DNA from: Candidatus Dormiibacterota bacterium
GTDB lineage: Bacteria; Chloroflexota; Dormibacteria; Aeolococcales; Aeolococcaceae
DNA: 64,000 nt
Reading direction: 5' to 3'
Assembly (NCBI GenBank): GCA_963718525.1
Contig: OY970355.1
Coordinates: forward strand, 1,024,001-1,088,000
Shown here: piece by piece, positions 8,000 through 17,898 of the stretch
Layout: each line of letters starts with the position of its first letter
Position numbering within the stretch: position 1 is the stretch's first letter
The notes under the pieces: generated by a model
Database searches by the model: none
Seen by the model: only the letters and a program-made list of their open reading frames with translations
What the model was told of the DNA's origin: nothing
Translations under genes and position numbers: made by a program

Positions 8000-9695
8000 T
8001 CAGCGAGGGCTCCGTACGAAGCCGTGCTCGCCGAAGAGCTGGGAACGGTCGAGGAAGCGGTTGAACCAGCGACAGGATGGTTCGCCGAGGTGGAGGCAGG
8101 CCATGCATGCACCGCCGCCGCTGCGACAGCCGGGATCGAGGGCGCAGCGTGACTCGCCGGCAACGAAGTCCTCAAGAACGCGGTGGAGCGAGGTCTCGAA
8201 GACGGCCTGGAGCCCTCCGAGGACGAAGTCACCACGCGAAGCCGCGTACACAATGAAGCCGAGATGGTGCGGCAGCAAGTATTCGGCCAGCCCGTCGCGC
8301 TCGATGCCCGCGAACGCCGCGAGCCGGCGGATGGTTCGGTGTGCATAGGAGTGGAGCAGTGACAATATGCTCCCGCCTAGAGGCTGGAACTGCTCCTGCG
8401 TCGGCCAGGGGATGTCGAGATGCTCGAGGATCGCAAGCCGTGCAGCTCGTGCATCCGCAGCTGGCGGCAGCGCGTGGCCGCCAGCCGTCAGATGATGGTG
8501 GACCGCGACGGGATCAAGCCGGAATAGCAGTGCCTCCGTCCGACTGAGGGAAGCGTACGCGCGGAGGTGGCCTCTATCGCGGAAGGGAACCAGCCGGGCG
8601 ACACCAGGGTTCATGTCGCCGCGCGTGTAGCCGAAGCCGAGCGTTGCAACAGGGAAGTTGGCCAGCAGGTCGACGCCCTCGAGATTGGCGGCGCGCATGG
8701 CATCGTGATACGCGCCCTCGTAGAGGGTTCGCAGCGGCGGTGTCGTTCCGGCCACCATGTCGGCCACCCGAGTCCGTCCGCCTGAGACCGCAGAGGCGAG
8801 GCTCAATGCCTCTTCTTGCGCTTTCTCCCGGACAGGGTCCTGGAGCAGGATCGGGTTTGCGGCTCCGGCGTCGACTTCGCCCTGCTCCGCCGCTTGGCGT
8901 GCGAGATCCTGTGCGGTCGCCTCGGACAACCCCATCTGGCGAAAGCCCTCAACAAGGCCGGCCAGGGTCTGTCGGCCGGCAGTGGGGTCGTCGGTGGTCA
9001 TCCCGTCGACCACCCACTCAATTGCGCGAGCGCCGCCGCCGCCGGCTCTGAGCCGCGCAGCAGTGGCCGGGTCGGGTGGGTTAACGAGGACTGCGAACCT
9101 GGGCGAGAACACGACAGCGGCACGGTGAACGGTGACGCTCATGCCGCCTCCGCAGTTGCACACCTGGTACGGGAAACCCTGGGAGACCGTGGCGCGACAG
9201 CGTGGGCAGAAGAAGCGGAGTTCGCGGGCGGTGGACGTGCCGGGCAGGTGCACAGCAACGGCGTTGTGGGTTCGGCAGCGTTGGAGGATCGGCTCTCGTG
9301 CGGCTCCGCACGTGTGGTACGCGACGAACTGCATCTGCGCGCGAGCTCGTCCACCGCAGGGGCAGCGGTCGTCACGTGAGCGAGTGATCGTCCCGCACGA
9401 CTTGCAGCGCCACTGCTGCGGGAAGGGTTCGACGAGCACGCCGCGATCCATATTGAGTTCTCACGACGTCGACCGCCGCCCTAGCCCGCAACTCTGCGGT
9501 CACCCCGTCATCGTTGCCGCTGGCGGCCCATGGGGCGATTGCGGCGATGAGGGCTGACCGAACCGTCTCCTGGTCGAGTGCAGTCTGGACCGGGTCGACC
9601 CAATTGGCGACACGCCAGATACGGCCCTCCAGGTCAGCAGTCTGGCCGGGGAGCAGCCCGAAGAGGATCTGCGACGCTCCTCGCTCGACCCTCAC
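8000..9695 (-). pseudogene. drmB: DISARM DUF1998 protein, split by a +1 frameshift near 9461
   Basis: The N-terminus (VRVERGASQILFGLLPGQT) is in ORF 9372..9788 and the rest is in 8000..9451, with LLHSYAH and C-terminal CALDPGC...ACMACLH...C zinc motif. Span 1696 nt = 3n+1. Confidence 0.8.
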
Positions 9696-12600
9696 GACGG
9701 ACCACCCCGGGAGTAGACGGGAGCCTGTTCCTCGACGTCCCGAAGGGACAGCATCGGCTTGCCCGTGGGGAAGAGGTCGTCGACCCATTGGGCGCTGTTG
9801 GCTGGGTCGTTGAGGGCACGAAAGAACTCTCGCAGGTAGGTCTCAAGGTCCTGTCTCAGGTTCTCGTCGAGTGGCCCCGTGAAGGCGAGCATCGCGACGA
9901 GTGCAGTCAGCTCCGCCGGCTCGAGCACGGGCAGGCGGGCGAACGCCCGTCGCACCGCGGCCGGGAGAGTGAGCTGTCTGAGGTTAGCGGCGATGGCGGC
10001 CGGTTCATGGATGCCATAGAGGCGGGCCTGGACGAGTCCAGCGAAGGTCAGCTCCAGAACCCGCCGGCTCTTCGCCGTCACCGGCACGGGATCGATCAGG
10101 CGATCTGCATGGGCGACAAACGACGGGAAGGTTCGATAGACGGCGGCGTCGCGCTCGCGGCCGATCTTGTGGAGCACGATGACGAGGCCGGGATGGGTGC
10201 GTCCCACCCGTGAGGTCGTCTGAATGAACTCGGCGGTGGCGAGCGGCAACCCGAGCATGACCATGACGTTGAGCCGATTGATGTCGACGCCGTGGGAGAG
10301 CATCGACGACGCCGCCACGAGGTGGATGCGATCGTAGAAGTCGGGTTCGGGTTCGGTGAGACGGGCCAGCGTGGTGCGGACCTCGTCGAGCGGCGTCCGA
10401 CCGGTGAGCGTCGCTGCGTTGACCGGGCGGGAGAGCTGGATCTGGGTGTCGAAGGAACGTGCGACCGCCTCGACGTCCTTGAGCGTCGAGCCGTAGACGA
10501 CGTCGACGCCGTAGATCGACGCGAGATCGGAGAGCAGGTCGACCGCGAGTCCGGTCTCGGCTGCGACGGCGGCAGGATCATCGACCGCCCGCCGGGTCAC
10601 GCGCTGGAGCGCCTCGGTCAGTTGGTCGGTGGCGTACTCCAACGTCACGCCACGCGGCGCGACGCCCGCGAACCGCCGGGCGAGGTTCTCGGTGTCGCGG
10701 GACCAGAACGAGTGACCCACCCGCGGACCAGGCCGTGGAAACGTTCGTCCCTCCCGGCGGTAAAGGGCAGCGACCTGCTCGTCGTGACCTGCGAGGGTGG
10801 CCGAGGAGGCGATGATCTTGGGAGTCGAGCCGTAATGAGTTTGGAGCGCATCGAGCAGTGCTTCGTAGTGGGCGTCGACCGCTCCCAGGCTGTCGCGCAG
10901 GAGGTGCAACTCGTCCTGCATCCGGATGGTGGGGGCGAACAGCGCTGCGTCCTGGCCCAGCGGGCCGGGTGGTGCTGAGCACCCCGGGAAGAGGCAACCT
11001 GACGGGGACTTGCTCCTCGGCGCGTACGTGTAACCGTGCCCCTGCAGCGAGCAGCGTCCGGACGGCGGGCCGTAGAACCCGCGCATGGCCGCCTGCATCG
11101 CGACGCTCGCCGCCTTGTCGAGCGTGCCGAGGACAACGGTCGGTAGCGAGCGGTAGATCTCTTCGTCGACGACGCGCATGGGCAGGGGTCGACCTTCCCA
11201 CGGGCAGCGCGTCTCGGTGCAGATGTGATCGAGGGCCCACCGCCGCTGGTCGAAGCGCATCTCGAGCGACGAAGACGTGCAGAAGGGGCAGCGGAGCAGG
11301 ACCTGGTAGCGCCCGGGCATCTCGGGGTCGTCCGGGTCGGGCTGGCCCGGCCGGTGATCACGGGCGGTAGGGATCTTGTTGGGGGTCCCGTTGTTCCCGA
11401 CGAAGAAGCCGAGCGAGAAGGGCTGGCCCTCGATCTGTTCGTCGCGGCGCACCAGTTCGGCGGCGGCGAGGACGTCGGCGAAGCGCTGCGTCTGTTGTAG
11501 GGACAGCATTCGGAGCGGGAAACGTCCCCATGAAGTGATGCCTTCCCGCTTGCCACGGAGGCGGTCGAAGAACGCTGCGGTGACCACGAAGAGGAGGTAC
11601 GTCTCCGTCTTGCCGCCTCCGGTCGCGAACCAGAGCGTGTCGACGACCTCGCGTGGGCCATCCGCCAACTCGTCGACGATGGAGGCGACGTTCGCGACCA
11701 CGAAGCCAAGCTGGAACGCTCGCCACGCCGAATGGGGCACCGCGGGTGACGTCGCGAATGCACGGTTCGCAAGCCGAAAAGCGCGGAGTAGGCGATCGTC
11801 AGTGTCGAGAAGCGTCACCCCCTGCTCAAGCCGGCCCAGCTCGTCGAAGAAAGCGTTGGACTCGCCGGCGGCCTGGCGGCGCATGCCTGCGTCCCAGCGC
11901 TCCCTGTCCGCCCTTTCGGCTAGCACTCGATCGGACCAATGGCGGTCGCCCCACTGTCCCGCCATGGTGACGAGGGCACGCAGGCTCGGCATCGGGTCGT
12001 CGGCTAGAACTGCGAACCTGATGTCCGGCTCTGCGCCGGCCTCGGGGTCCCAATAAGCAGGTCGGACCTGATCGCGGACGGCGACATCGGTGGTCTGGAA
12101 GATGGTGGGCGAGATCGGTTCGACGCCGCCGTTGACACCGTAGGCCGGGACCGTCCGCTCGTAGCGGAAAGAGTCCGGGAGGTTGTCGAGCTTGAAAGGC
12201 TCGGTAGCTCCGATATCGGCGGTCATCGACGCTTCGTAGAGATTGGTGTCCCAGCCGTCGAGTTCCTCCGGAGAGAGGTTGACGAGCGTGACGACGAGTT
12301 CGGGACCATCCTTGCCGAGCTCGAGTTCCGCGTGGAACTCGCACGTCATGCCCACGGCTCCTGCTCCGGCCAGCACACGCTCGAAGTCGCCACGACCGGC
12401 CGACGTGACCTGACCCACGACGGTGGGCGTGGGCAGTTTGGCGATCACCTCGATGGGTTCACTCTTGCGCCACCTGTCGGCGTCCGGCTGAGCGCCGCCG
12501 TCGAACTCGCTCCACACGACGAACCGAGCCGAGCACGAGACCGAGCGGCCATCGATTGCCGATGGGCGAACCCGGACGCCAACCTCGCACGGCTCCAGGC

Positions 12601-12787
12601 GCTCGCTGCGCTCCCCCAGCCTACTGTTCTGGACCACGATCTCTGGGGCCAGGCGGCCAAGCCAGAAGCGCCCCTTGGGGGCGACCGGCAGGAACGACAT
12701 GAGGTCGCCGCGCGCCTCGGCGACGATGCTGTCGAGCATCCACGAGACGAAGGTCGCGCAGTCGGCGGAACTAAGCTGATCGATCAC
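9692..12787 (-). CDS. drmA: DISARM SF2 helicase
   Basis: 1031 aa; LWFATGGGKTE, PLRMLSLQQ, QDELHLL, SSAT, HGVDINRLN, QTTSRVGR. GTGA overlaps with both neighbours. Confidence 0.88.
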   Translation of the reverse strand: MIDQLSSADCATFVSWMLDSIVAEARGDLMSFLPVAPKGRFWLGRLAPEIVVQNSRLGERSERLEPCEVGVRVRPSAIDGRSVSCSARFVVWSEFDGGAQPDADRWRKSEPIEVIAKLPTPTVVGQVTSAGRGDFERVLAGAGAVGMTCEFHAELELGKDGPELVVTLVNLSPEELDGWDTNLYEASMTADIGATEPFKLDNLPDSFRYERTVPAYGVNGGVEPISPTIFQTTDVAVRDQVRPAYWDPEAGAEPDIRFAVLADDPMPSLRALVTMAGQWGDRHWSDRVLAERADRERWDAGMRRQAAGESNAFFDELGRLEQGVTLLDTDDRLLRAFRLANRAFATSPAVPHSAWRAFQLGFVVANVASIVDELADGPREVVDTLWFATGGGKTETYLLFVVTAAFFDRLRGKREGITSWGRFPLRMLSLQQTQRFADVLAAAELVRRDEQIEGQPFSLGFFVGNNGTPNKIPTARDHRPGQPDPDDPEMPGRYQVLLRCPFCTSSSLEMRFDQRRWALDHICTETRCPWEGRPLPMRVVDEEIYRSLPTVVLGTLDKAASVAMQAAMRGFYGPPSGRCSLQGHGYTYAPRSKSPSGCLFPGCSAPPGPLGQDAALFAPTIRMQDELHLLRDSLGAVDAHYEALLDALQTHYGSTPKIIASSATLAGHDEQVAALYRREGRTFPRPGPRVGHSFWSRDTENLARRFAGVAPRGVTLEYATDQLTEALQRVTRRAVDDPAAVAAETGLAVDLLSDLASIYGVDVVYGSTLKDVEAVARSFDTQIQLSRPVNAATLTGRTPLDEVRTTLARLTEPEPDFYDRIHLVAASSMLSHGVDINRLNVMVMLGLPLATAEFIQTTSRVGRTHPGLVIVLHKIGRERDAAVYRTFPSFVAHADRLIDPVPVTAKSRRVLELTFAGLVQARLYGIHEPAAIAANLRQLTLPAAVRRAFARLPVLEPAELTALVAMLAFTGPLDENLRQDLETYLREFFRALNDPANSAQWVDDLFPTGKPMLSLRDVEEQAPVYSRGGPS

Positions 12788-15135
12788 GCACTCTCCAGGC
12801 GTCCCAGCAGCGTCAGCGGCACCGGTTCCTCGCAGAGCTGGACGTCGATGACAACTGCTTCGATAACGGCGTCGCGCAGATCGGCGATGGACAGCCCAGT
12901 ATCGGGATCGACGCGCCTCTGGTCCTCAACAAGCGTCGAGCTTCGAGCAGCCTCGGCAAGCGCTCTCCCGGCGGCCCGACGGAACACTCTGCGCCTCTGG
13001 ACGCAGGCAAACAGTTCAGCGATCTGGACGTCGGACATGCCGAGGTCGAGAGCCACGCATAGCAGTCGCAGGTCACTGAGATCGCGCGGCGCCATGATCC
13101 CGCCATCGGTCACCCAGTTGCGGACGGCGACTGAAGTCTTCTCGCAGCCGAGCGCCCCAAGCTTGCGGTGGAGATAAGTGATGTTGAAGCCCGACCCAGC
13201 AAATCGACTGCGAACGAGGTCGTGGTAGCGGTCGATGAGCATCCGGGCGGCGAGCAGGTCCGGGCGAGCGCCAAGCCGTTCCTCAAGGGCCTCAAGCAGA
13301 CCGACCCGACCCTGCCGTCGGCTGATGAGGAGGACATCCCCTTGCTGGAGCTTGAGCGGCCGACGGTCTTCGATCTTGAGTCCCACTCGCACTTCGACCG
13401 ATCGAGCCGCTTCCAGAAGCACGCGACCCTGATCCGTAGAGACAGCGACGGCCACGACGGCTGCCGCCCACTCGCCGTCGTCGAGCTCGCGGGCAACCTG
13501 GGACATCGGTCCTTCGTCGCCGATGTCGAGTGGATCGAGATCGAACAGTGAATCGAAGAGCTCGAAGGGATCGGGTTCGGGCACGAACTCAACCCCGTCG
13601 ACGAGGACAACCGGCGGCGTGGTCACCATGGAAGAGGGGGCTGGTGGTGGATCAGTGCCAAGCAACGTCCGCCACGTCCTGCCTCGAATCTCCGGACTTC
13701 CCCACCGCTCCCGGGCGGCTCGGACACTGTCGACAGCGATGGCGCAGGTCCGACCCGAGGCACTGCCGAGCGCCAGAACTGTCACCTCGGTCGAGAGGCC
13801 GGATAGGATCCGATGCCAGTCCCACGGAGCGGGTTCCCCGACCACAACCGCCTGTGGCCAGGTCCCCTGCCGATGCAGACGGCCGATTGCGCTGAAACTG
13901 ACCTGCCCGACGGCGCCCGCGTCGGGGTCGACTCCGAGAGCGTCGAGCAACGCACGGGACGCGGTCTTGGTCTTGGTCACCACGAGCGCTTCGCTCCCGC
14001 TTCGTACCAGCTCCGCGAGCGCCGATCCCAGCGGGTTTCCGGTATCGAGGGCGGCTCGGAGGTCGCCGATGTCGTTTGCCAGTATGTTGGCGATCTCCGC
14101 CCGGTCGCCGTCGAGCGTGCGTGCCCAGCTGGTCAGCTCGGGCTCGAAGGTGCGGGTCGCTCGGGCGGCCCATGGCGGCAGCCCCGCAAACCGGTCGAAA
14201 CGGCTGGGTTCACAGGCCAGTGAGGTCAAGGTCGACAGATGGTGCCAGGCGGCCGACAGGCCGCGCTCGACGTGGCGGTTGGAGCGCTCAGGAGTGAGTT
14301 CCCGCAGCAAACGGAGGTCTTCGCGGGCCCGGGCGAGCGCGGTCTCGGCTTCAGGATGCCGAGCAACCGAGACGGTGACTTTGACACCCCTCGCAATGGC
14401 CTCCAGTCGCTCCGTTGCTACCGAGAAGGGCACAGTGCGGCCACGCCGAATCTCAAGATGGGTATTCCAGCGAGCGAGGTCAGAATCGGCCCAGCCCCAG
14501 ATCAGCCGGCCCTTATGTTCATCTCGGCTTAATGCGGAATCGAGCGGATCAGCAAAGACCTCCACCGACGCCTGTCCGCTCTCCACCTTCACAAGGCCCG
14601 CGAGATGGTCGACGACGAGGTAGTCCACCGGCCAGCCCGCGCACGCCTGACCGATGATGATCCCGGTGAATCGCCGGCCGCCGACGGGGCTCTCACCGTC
14701 GGGGCCGGCCCGGAAACATCCGAGGACTTCGTCGATAGGTGTCCGGTCCCCGCGATTGGCAATTCGGAGCTGCTTCCAGATCCGCTCAGCCATTGTCGGG
14801 TCGGCCGTAACCAGTCCGAGAGCCGGCGCTCGAGCGCCCATCACCCCGTGCGTTGCGAGGAACTGACGGAGCAGGAGCTGAGCCGCCAGGAGGACGGCGA
14901 CGCTCCCAGCGGGCGCCGGGTAAACCAAGTCGATGCTCTGCCCGCGACGGACTGCTAGGTCGACCAGCGCCAGCGCCGCCTCGTCGACCCAGCAGAGGTC
15001 GACCCACTTCGGCCCCTGACCGTCCTCGAGCACCAGGCGGCGGTCGCGGGCAATGGCCACGAGACTGCCGCCGCCCTCGTTGTCGAGCAAAAGGGCGTCC
15101 CACGGAGCTTGGGTTCCGCTCGCTTTGCGCTCCAC
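12784..15135 (-). CDS. drmE: DrmE-like protein (class II DISARM)
   Basis: 783 aa, translationally coupled upstream of drmA. Size and position match class II DISARM; assigned mainly from context. Confidence 0.68.
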   Translation of the reverse strand: MERKASGTQAPWDALLLDNEGGGSLVAIARDRRLVLEDGQGPKWVDLCWVDEAALALVDLAVRRGQSIDLVYPAPAGSVAVLLAAQLLLRQFLATHGVMGARAPALGLVTADPTMAERIWKQLRIANRGDRTPIDEVLGCFRAGPDGESPVGGRRFTGIIIGQACAGWPVDYLVVDHLAGLVKVESGQASVEVFADPLDSALSRDEHKGRLIWGWADSDLARWNTHLEIRRGRTVPFSVATERLEAIARGVKVTVSVARHPEAETALARAREDLRLLRELTPERSNRHVERGLSAAWHHLSTLTSLACEPSRFDRFAGLPPWAARATRTFEPELTSWARTLDGDRAEIANILANDIGDLRAALDTGNPLGSALAELVRSGSEALVVTKTKTASRALLDALGVDPDAGAVGQVSFSAIGRLHRQGTWPQAVVVGEPAPWDWHRILSGLSTEVTVLALGSASGRTCAIAVDSVRAARERWGSPEIRGRTWRTLLGTDPPPAPSSMVTTPPVVLVDGVEFVPEPDPFELFDSLFDLDPLDIGDEGPMSQVARELDDGEWAAAVVAVAVSTDQGRVLLEAARSVEVRVGLKIEDRRPLKLQQGDVLLISRRQGRVGLLEALEERLGARPDLLAARMLIDRYHDLVRSRFAGSGFNITYLHRKLGALGCEKTSVAVRNWVTDGGIMAPRDLSDLRLLCVALDLGMSDVQIAELFACVQRRRVFRRAAGRALAEAARSSTLVEDQRRVDPDTGLSIADLRDAVIEAVVIDVQLCEEPVPLTLLGRLESA

Positions 15136-15220
15136 ACTGGAGATTCTGACCGTGACAGTCGCCTATCTCCGGCCTCGGAGTCCTCGCGTCAGCGATGACG
15201 GCATCGTGGCAGCAGCCTGG

Positions 15221-16870
15221 TCAGCCTCCCCTCACTGCAGCGAACACCTTGCTAGCGAACTCGACTGGATCGTCGTGCTCCCAGTAGCGCAGAACGGTCC
15301 ATCCTGCGTCGGTCAGTCGTGCATCAGTAGCGGTGTCGCGGGTGCGATTGGCGGCGATCTTCTTCTTCCACCACTCGCTATGGCTCTTCGGAGCGGTGCC
15401 ATGCGCCGGGCAGCCATGCCAATAGCAACCGTCCACGTAGACGGCCACACGAGCTCCGCGGAACACGATGTCGGCGCGCCCGCGTGTGCCGTCGACTGGT
15501 TGATCTACTAAATAACGGAGACCCCGGCGGTGCAGTTCGGAGCGCAGCCGTAACTCCGGTGCGGTGTCGCGTCGCTTGGTTGTTCGAAACCGCCGCCGAA
15601 TAACATCGCTCGAAGCCGTGGGGACGTTGGCACGACGGAGGGCACTGATGGCGTTCGCACCGCGCGTCGCGCCATCACCGCGCTTAGTCGGAAAGACTGC
15701 AGTGAGGAGCGGCGTTCCGATATGTACCCCCAGTAAGGGGGGAACGGCGTTGCCAATGACGTGCGCCCATGTGCCGCGGGTCTTATCGGTGCCGAGGTCG
15801 AAGAAGTCCGGTAGTGTCTGGAGACGGGCAGCCTCGTGGGGAGTGATCGTACGGGGCTCGGCGGGGTGGACGTATCGCCCTTGACCCATCGAGCCATAGC
15901 CGGTGGTGATCGTCTGTGCCGGGGCACCCCACCGGAGTCGGCCGTACATCGAGACGTAGCTGTGATCGTCGTGGTGGCACGCCGGTCGCCGCCGGTTGGG
16001 GAGGTCATACGCGCCGTTGTCGATGAGCCAGCGCATCCGAAGGAGGTTCTTGGTGCTCGCGACACCGGGAGAATCGATGCCCTTCGGATCGGACTTGCCG
16101 GCGAGGTCGCCTATCGCCCATTCGACTGTGCGGGGCCCGTGGTCCTTGCACGCAATGGTGGCCCCAAGGATGACCGCGGGATCAATCCGACGATCGCGCA
16201 CGGCGAGCATCAGATGACGCCGCCGGCGCTGCGGCATCCCTAACTCGGTGAGGTCGAGGACCGCCGTCTCAACTCGATAACCAGCGGCCTCGAGTGCGGC
16301 GCGGGCAGTGGGAACGGATCTGTGCAGGTCGTGTTGGATCGCCGGCACGTTTTCGATGAGCACCGCGCGCGGGCGAAGAACTTCGGCCGCGCGTGCGACA
16401 CGAACATAGAGTCCGTTCCGCGCGTCGTCACGCCGGGTCTTGTTGTTTAGATCTGAGTGCCCCTGGCAGGGTGGTCCAGCCAGCACGATATCGACCCTTC
16501 CGATCTTGGATGCGAGTTTGTCCTCACCGGCGGTTCGGGGTTCCCCTGGTGGGCCGTCGAAGAGGCTGGCAACGTCCTCCCGGAGTACCTTCGCTCGGGG
16601 GAAATTCAGTTCGTAGACATCGGCAGCACCTGGATCGTCGTCAACGGCAACGGCGATCTTGATGCCTCGTCCCACGCGACGTGCCGCCTCTGCGAAGCCG
16701 AGGCTCAGGCCCCCACCGCCGCAGAAGAGGTCGACGACCCGGAGGGTCGGCGCATGCGACTCATAGTCGGGCCGACGCTTCCGTCTGATGAACTTCGCAT
16801 CCGCGTCGCAGACTGGGCAATCCTCCACAACTCGAGATCGTACGAGGGATGGCGAACCACCGGGGGCCAT
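15221..16870 (-). CDS. DNA cytosine-C5 methyltransferase fused to a Vsr (very short patch repair) endonuclease
   Basis: MTase motifs DLFCGGGG, GPPCQGHS, ENV, QRRRR and IGNAVPP, followed in frame by Vsr motifs DTAPELRLRSELH, ADIVF, VDGCYWHGCP and WEH. Confidence 0.92.
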   Translation of the reverse strand: MAPGGSPSLVRSRVVEDCPVCDADAKFIRRKRRPDYESHAPTLRVVDLFCGGGGLSLGFAEAARRVGRGIKIAVAVDDDPGAADVYELNFPRAKVLREDVASLFDGPPGEPRTAGEDKLASKIGRVDIVLAGPPCQGHSDLNNKTRRDDARNGLYVRVARAAEVLRPRAVLIENVPAIQHDLHRSVPTARAALEAAGYRVETAVLDLTELGMPQRRRRHLMLAVRDRRIDPAVILGATIACKDHGPRTVEWAIGDLAGKSDPKGIDSPGVASTKNLLRMRWLIDNGAYDLPNRRRPACHHDDHSYVSMYGRLRWGAPAQTITTGYGSMGQGRYVHPAEPRTITPHEAARLQTLPDFFDLGTDKTRGTWAHVIGNAVPPLLGVHIGTPLLTAVFPTKRGDGATRGANAISALRRANVPTASSDVIRRRFRTTKRRDTAPELRLRSELHRRGLRYLVDQPVDGTRGRADIVFRGARVAVYVDGCYWHGCPAHGTAPKSHSEWWKKKIAANRTRDTATDARLTDAGWTVLRYWEHDDPVEFASKVFAAVRGG

Positions 16871-16932
16871 CGATTGCTGGTGGCCGCCACATATCCCATC
16901 TGTCGGGCGGCCAGGCAGCGTACGATTCGAGC

Positions 16933-17838
16933 ATCGACGCGGACTACGAGGAGCGGCTACGGGTAGCTGCCATGGGGTGGCTCGATGAGGGCATCCACAC
17001 CGGCCACGAGGTATTCACGTTCGACGAGCTGGCGATGTTCAGCTTTGAAGGTCGCCGAGTGCCCCTCATGGATCCGCAACGAGGCATCCGCAAACCTGCT
17101 CACCTGACAGCAGCACTGTCAATCCGAACCAGGTTCACGCCACCAGGACAGGTCCCTCCGTACGAAGATGCCGAAGGGCCTGACGGTCTTCTGCGTTACA
17201 AGTATCGGGGCTTGGATCGCAACCATCCCGAGAACGTCGCTTTGCGCGAGGCGTATGAGCGCCGGTTGCCACTGGTTTGGTTCGTGGGGGTTGCGGTTGG
17301 CGCGTATGTTCCGATTTATCCGATCTGGATCGTCGGCGACGAGCCCGCGCAGCTCCAGTTCGTGGTCGCCTTCGATGTGGCACAACGTCTGGTGACGGTC
17401 GGCAACCTCAGCGACGAGGTGCAGCGCCGATACGTAGAACGGCTCACACGCCAACGGCTCCACCAGCCCGTCTTCCGGATCAGGGTCCTGACCGCCTACG
17501 CGAATCAGTGCGCCATGTGCCGGTTGCGCTACTCATCGCTGCTCGATGCCGCTCACATCTTGCCCGACGGGCACCCTCTTGGTGCTGCGATCGTCACTAA
17601 TGGACTGTCTCTCTGCAAGATCCACCATGCGGCATACGACAACAATCTTTTGGGCGTTCGGCCCGACCTCGTGGTCGAGGTCCGCTCCGACGTCAGGACC
17701 CAGATAGACGGCCCGATGCTGCTTCATGGGTTGCAGGAGATGGCGGGCGTGCGGCTCGTCCGGCCGCGTTCACGGGCGTCGCAGCCGGACCCCGAACGTC
17801 TTGAGGAGCGATACATAGAGTTCCGCGGGGCAGCGTGA
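16933..17838 (+). CDS. HNH endonuclease with SRA-like N-terminal domain
   Basis: C-terminal FRIRVLTAYANQCAMC...DAAHIL...NGLSLCKIHHAAYD. N-terminal RGIRKP...PYED...YKYRG...NVALREA pattern. Start uncertain (16849, ATC 16933 or 16972). Confidence 0.8.
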   Translation: MDADYEERLRVAAMGWLDEGIHTGHEVFTFDELAMFSFEGRRVPLMDPQRGIRKPAHLTAALSIRTRFTPPGQVPPYEDAEGPDGLLRYKYRGLDRNHPENVALREAYERRLPLVWFVGVAVGAYVPIYPIWIVGDEPAQLQFVVAFDVAQRLVTVGNLSDEVQRRYVERLTRQRLHQPVFRIRVLTAYANQCAMCRLRYSSLLDAAHILPDGHPLGAAIVTNGLSLCKIHHAAYDNNLLGVRPDLVVEVRSDVRTQIDGPMLLHGLQEMAGVRLVRPRSRASQPDPERLEERYIEFRGAA

Positions 17839-17898
17839 CCGAGGCGACTGCCCTGAACGCTGCGAGGCGGTCGCAACGATGAGGCATCCTTTGTCCTG

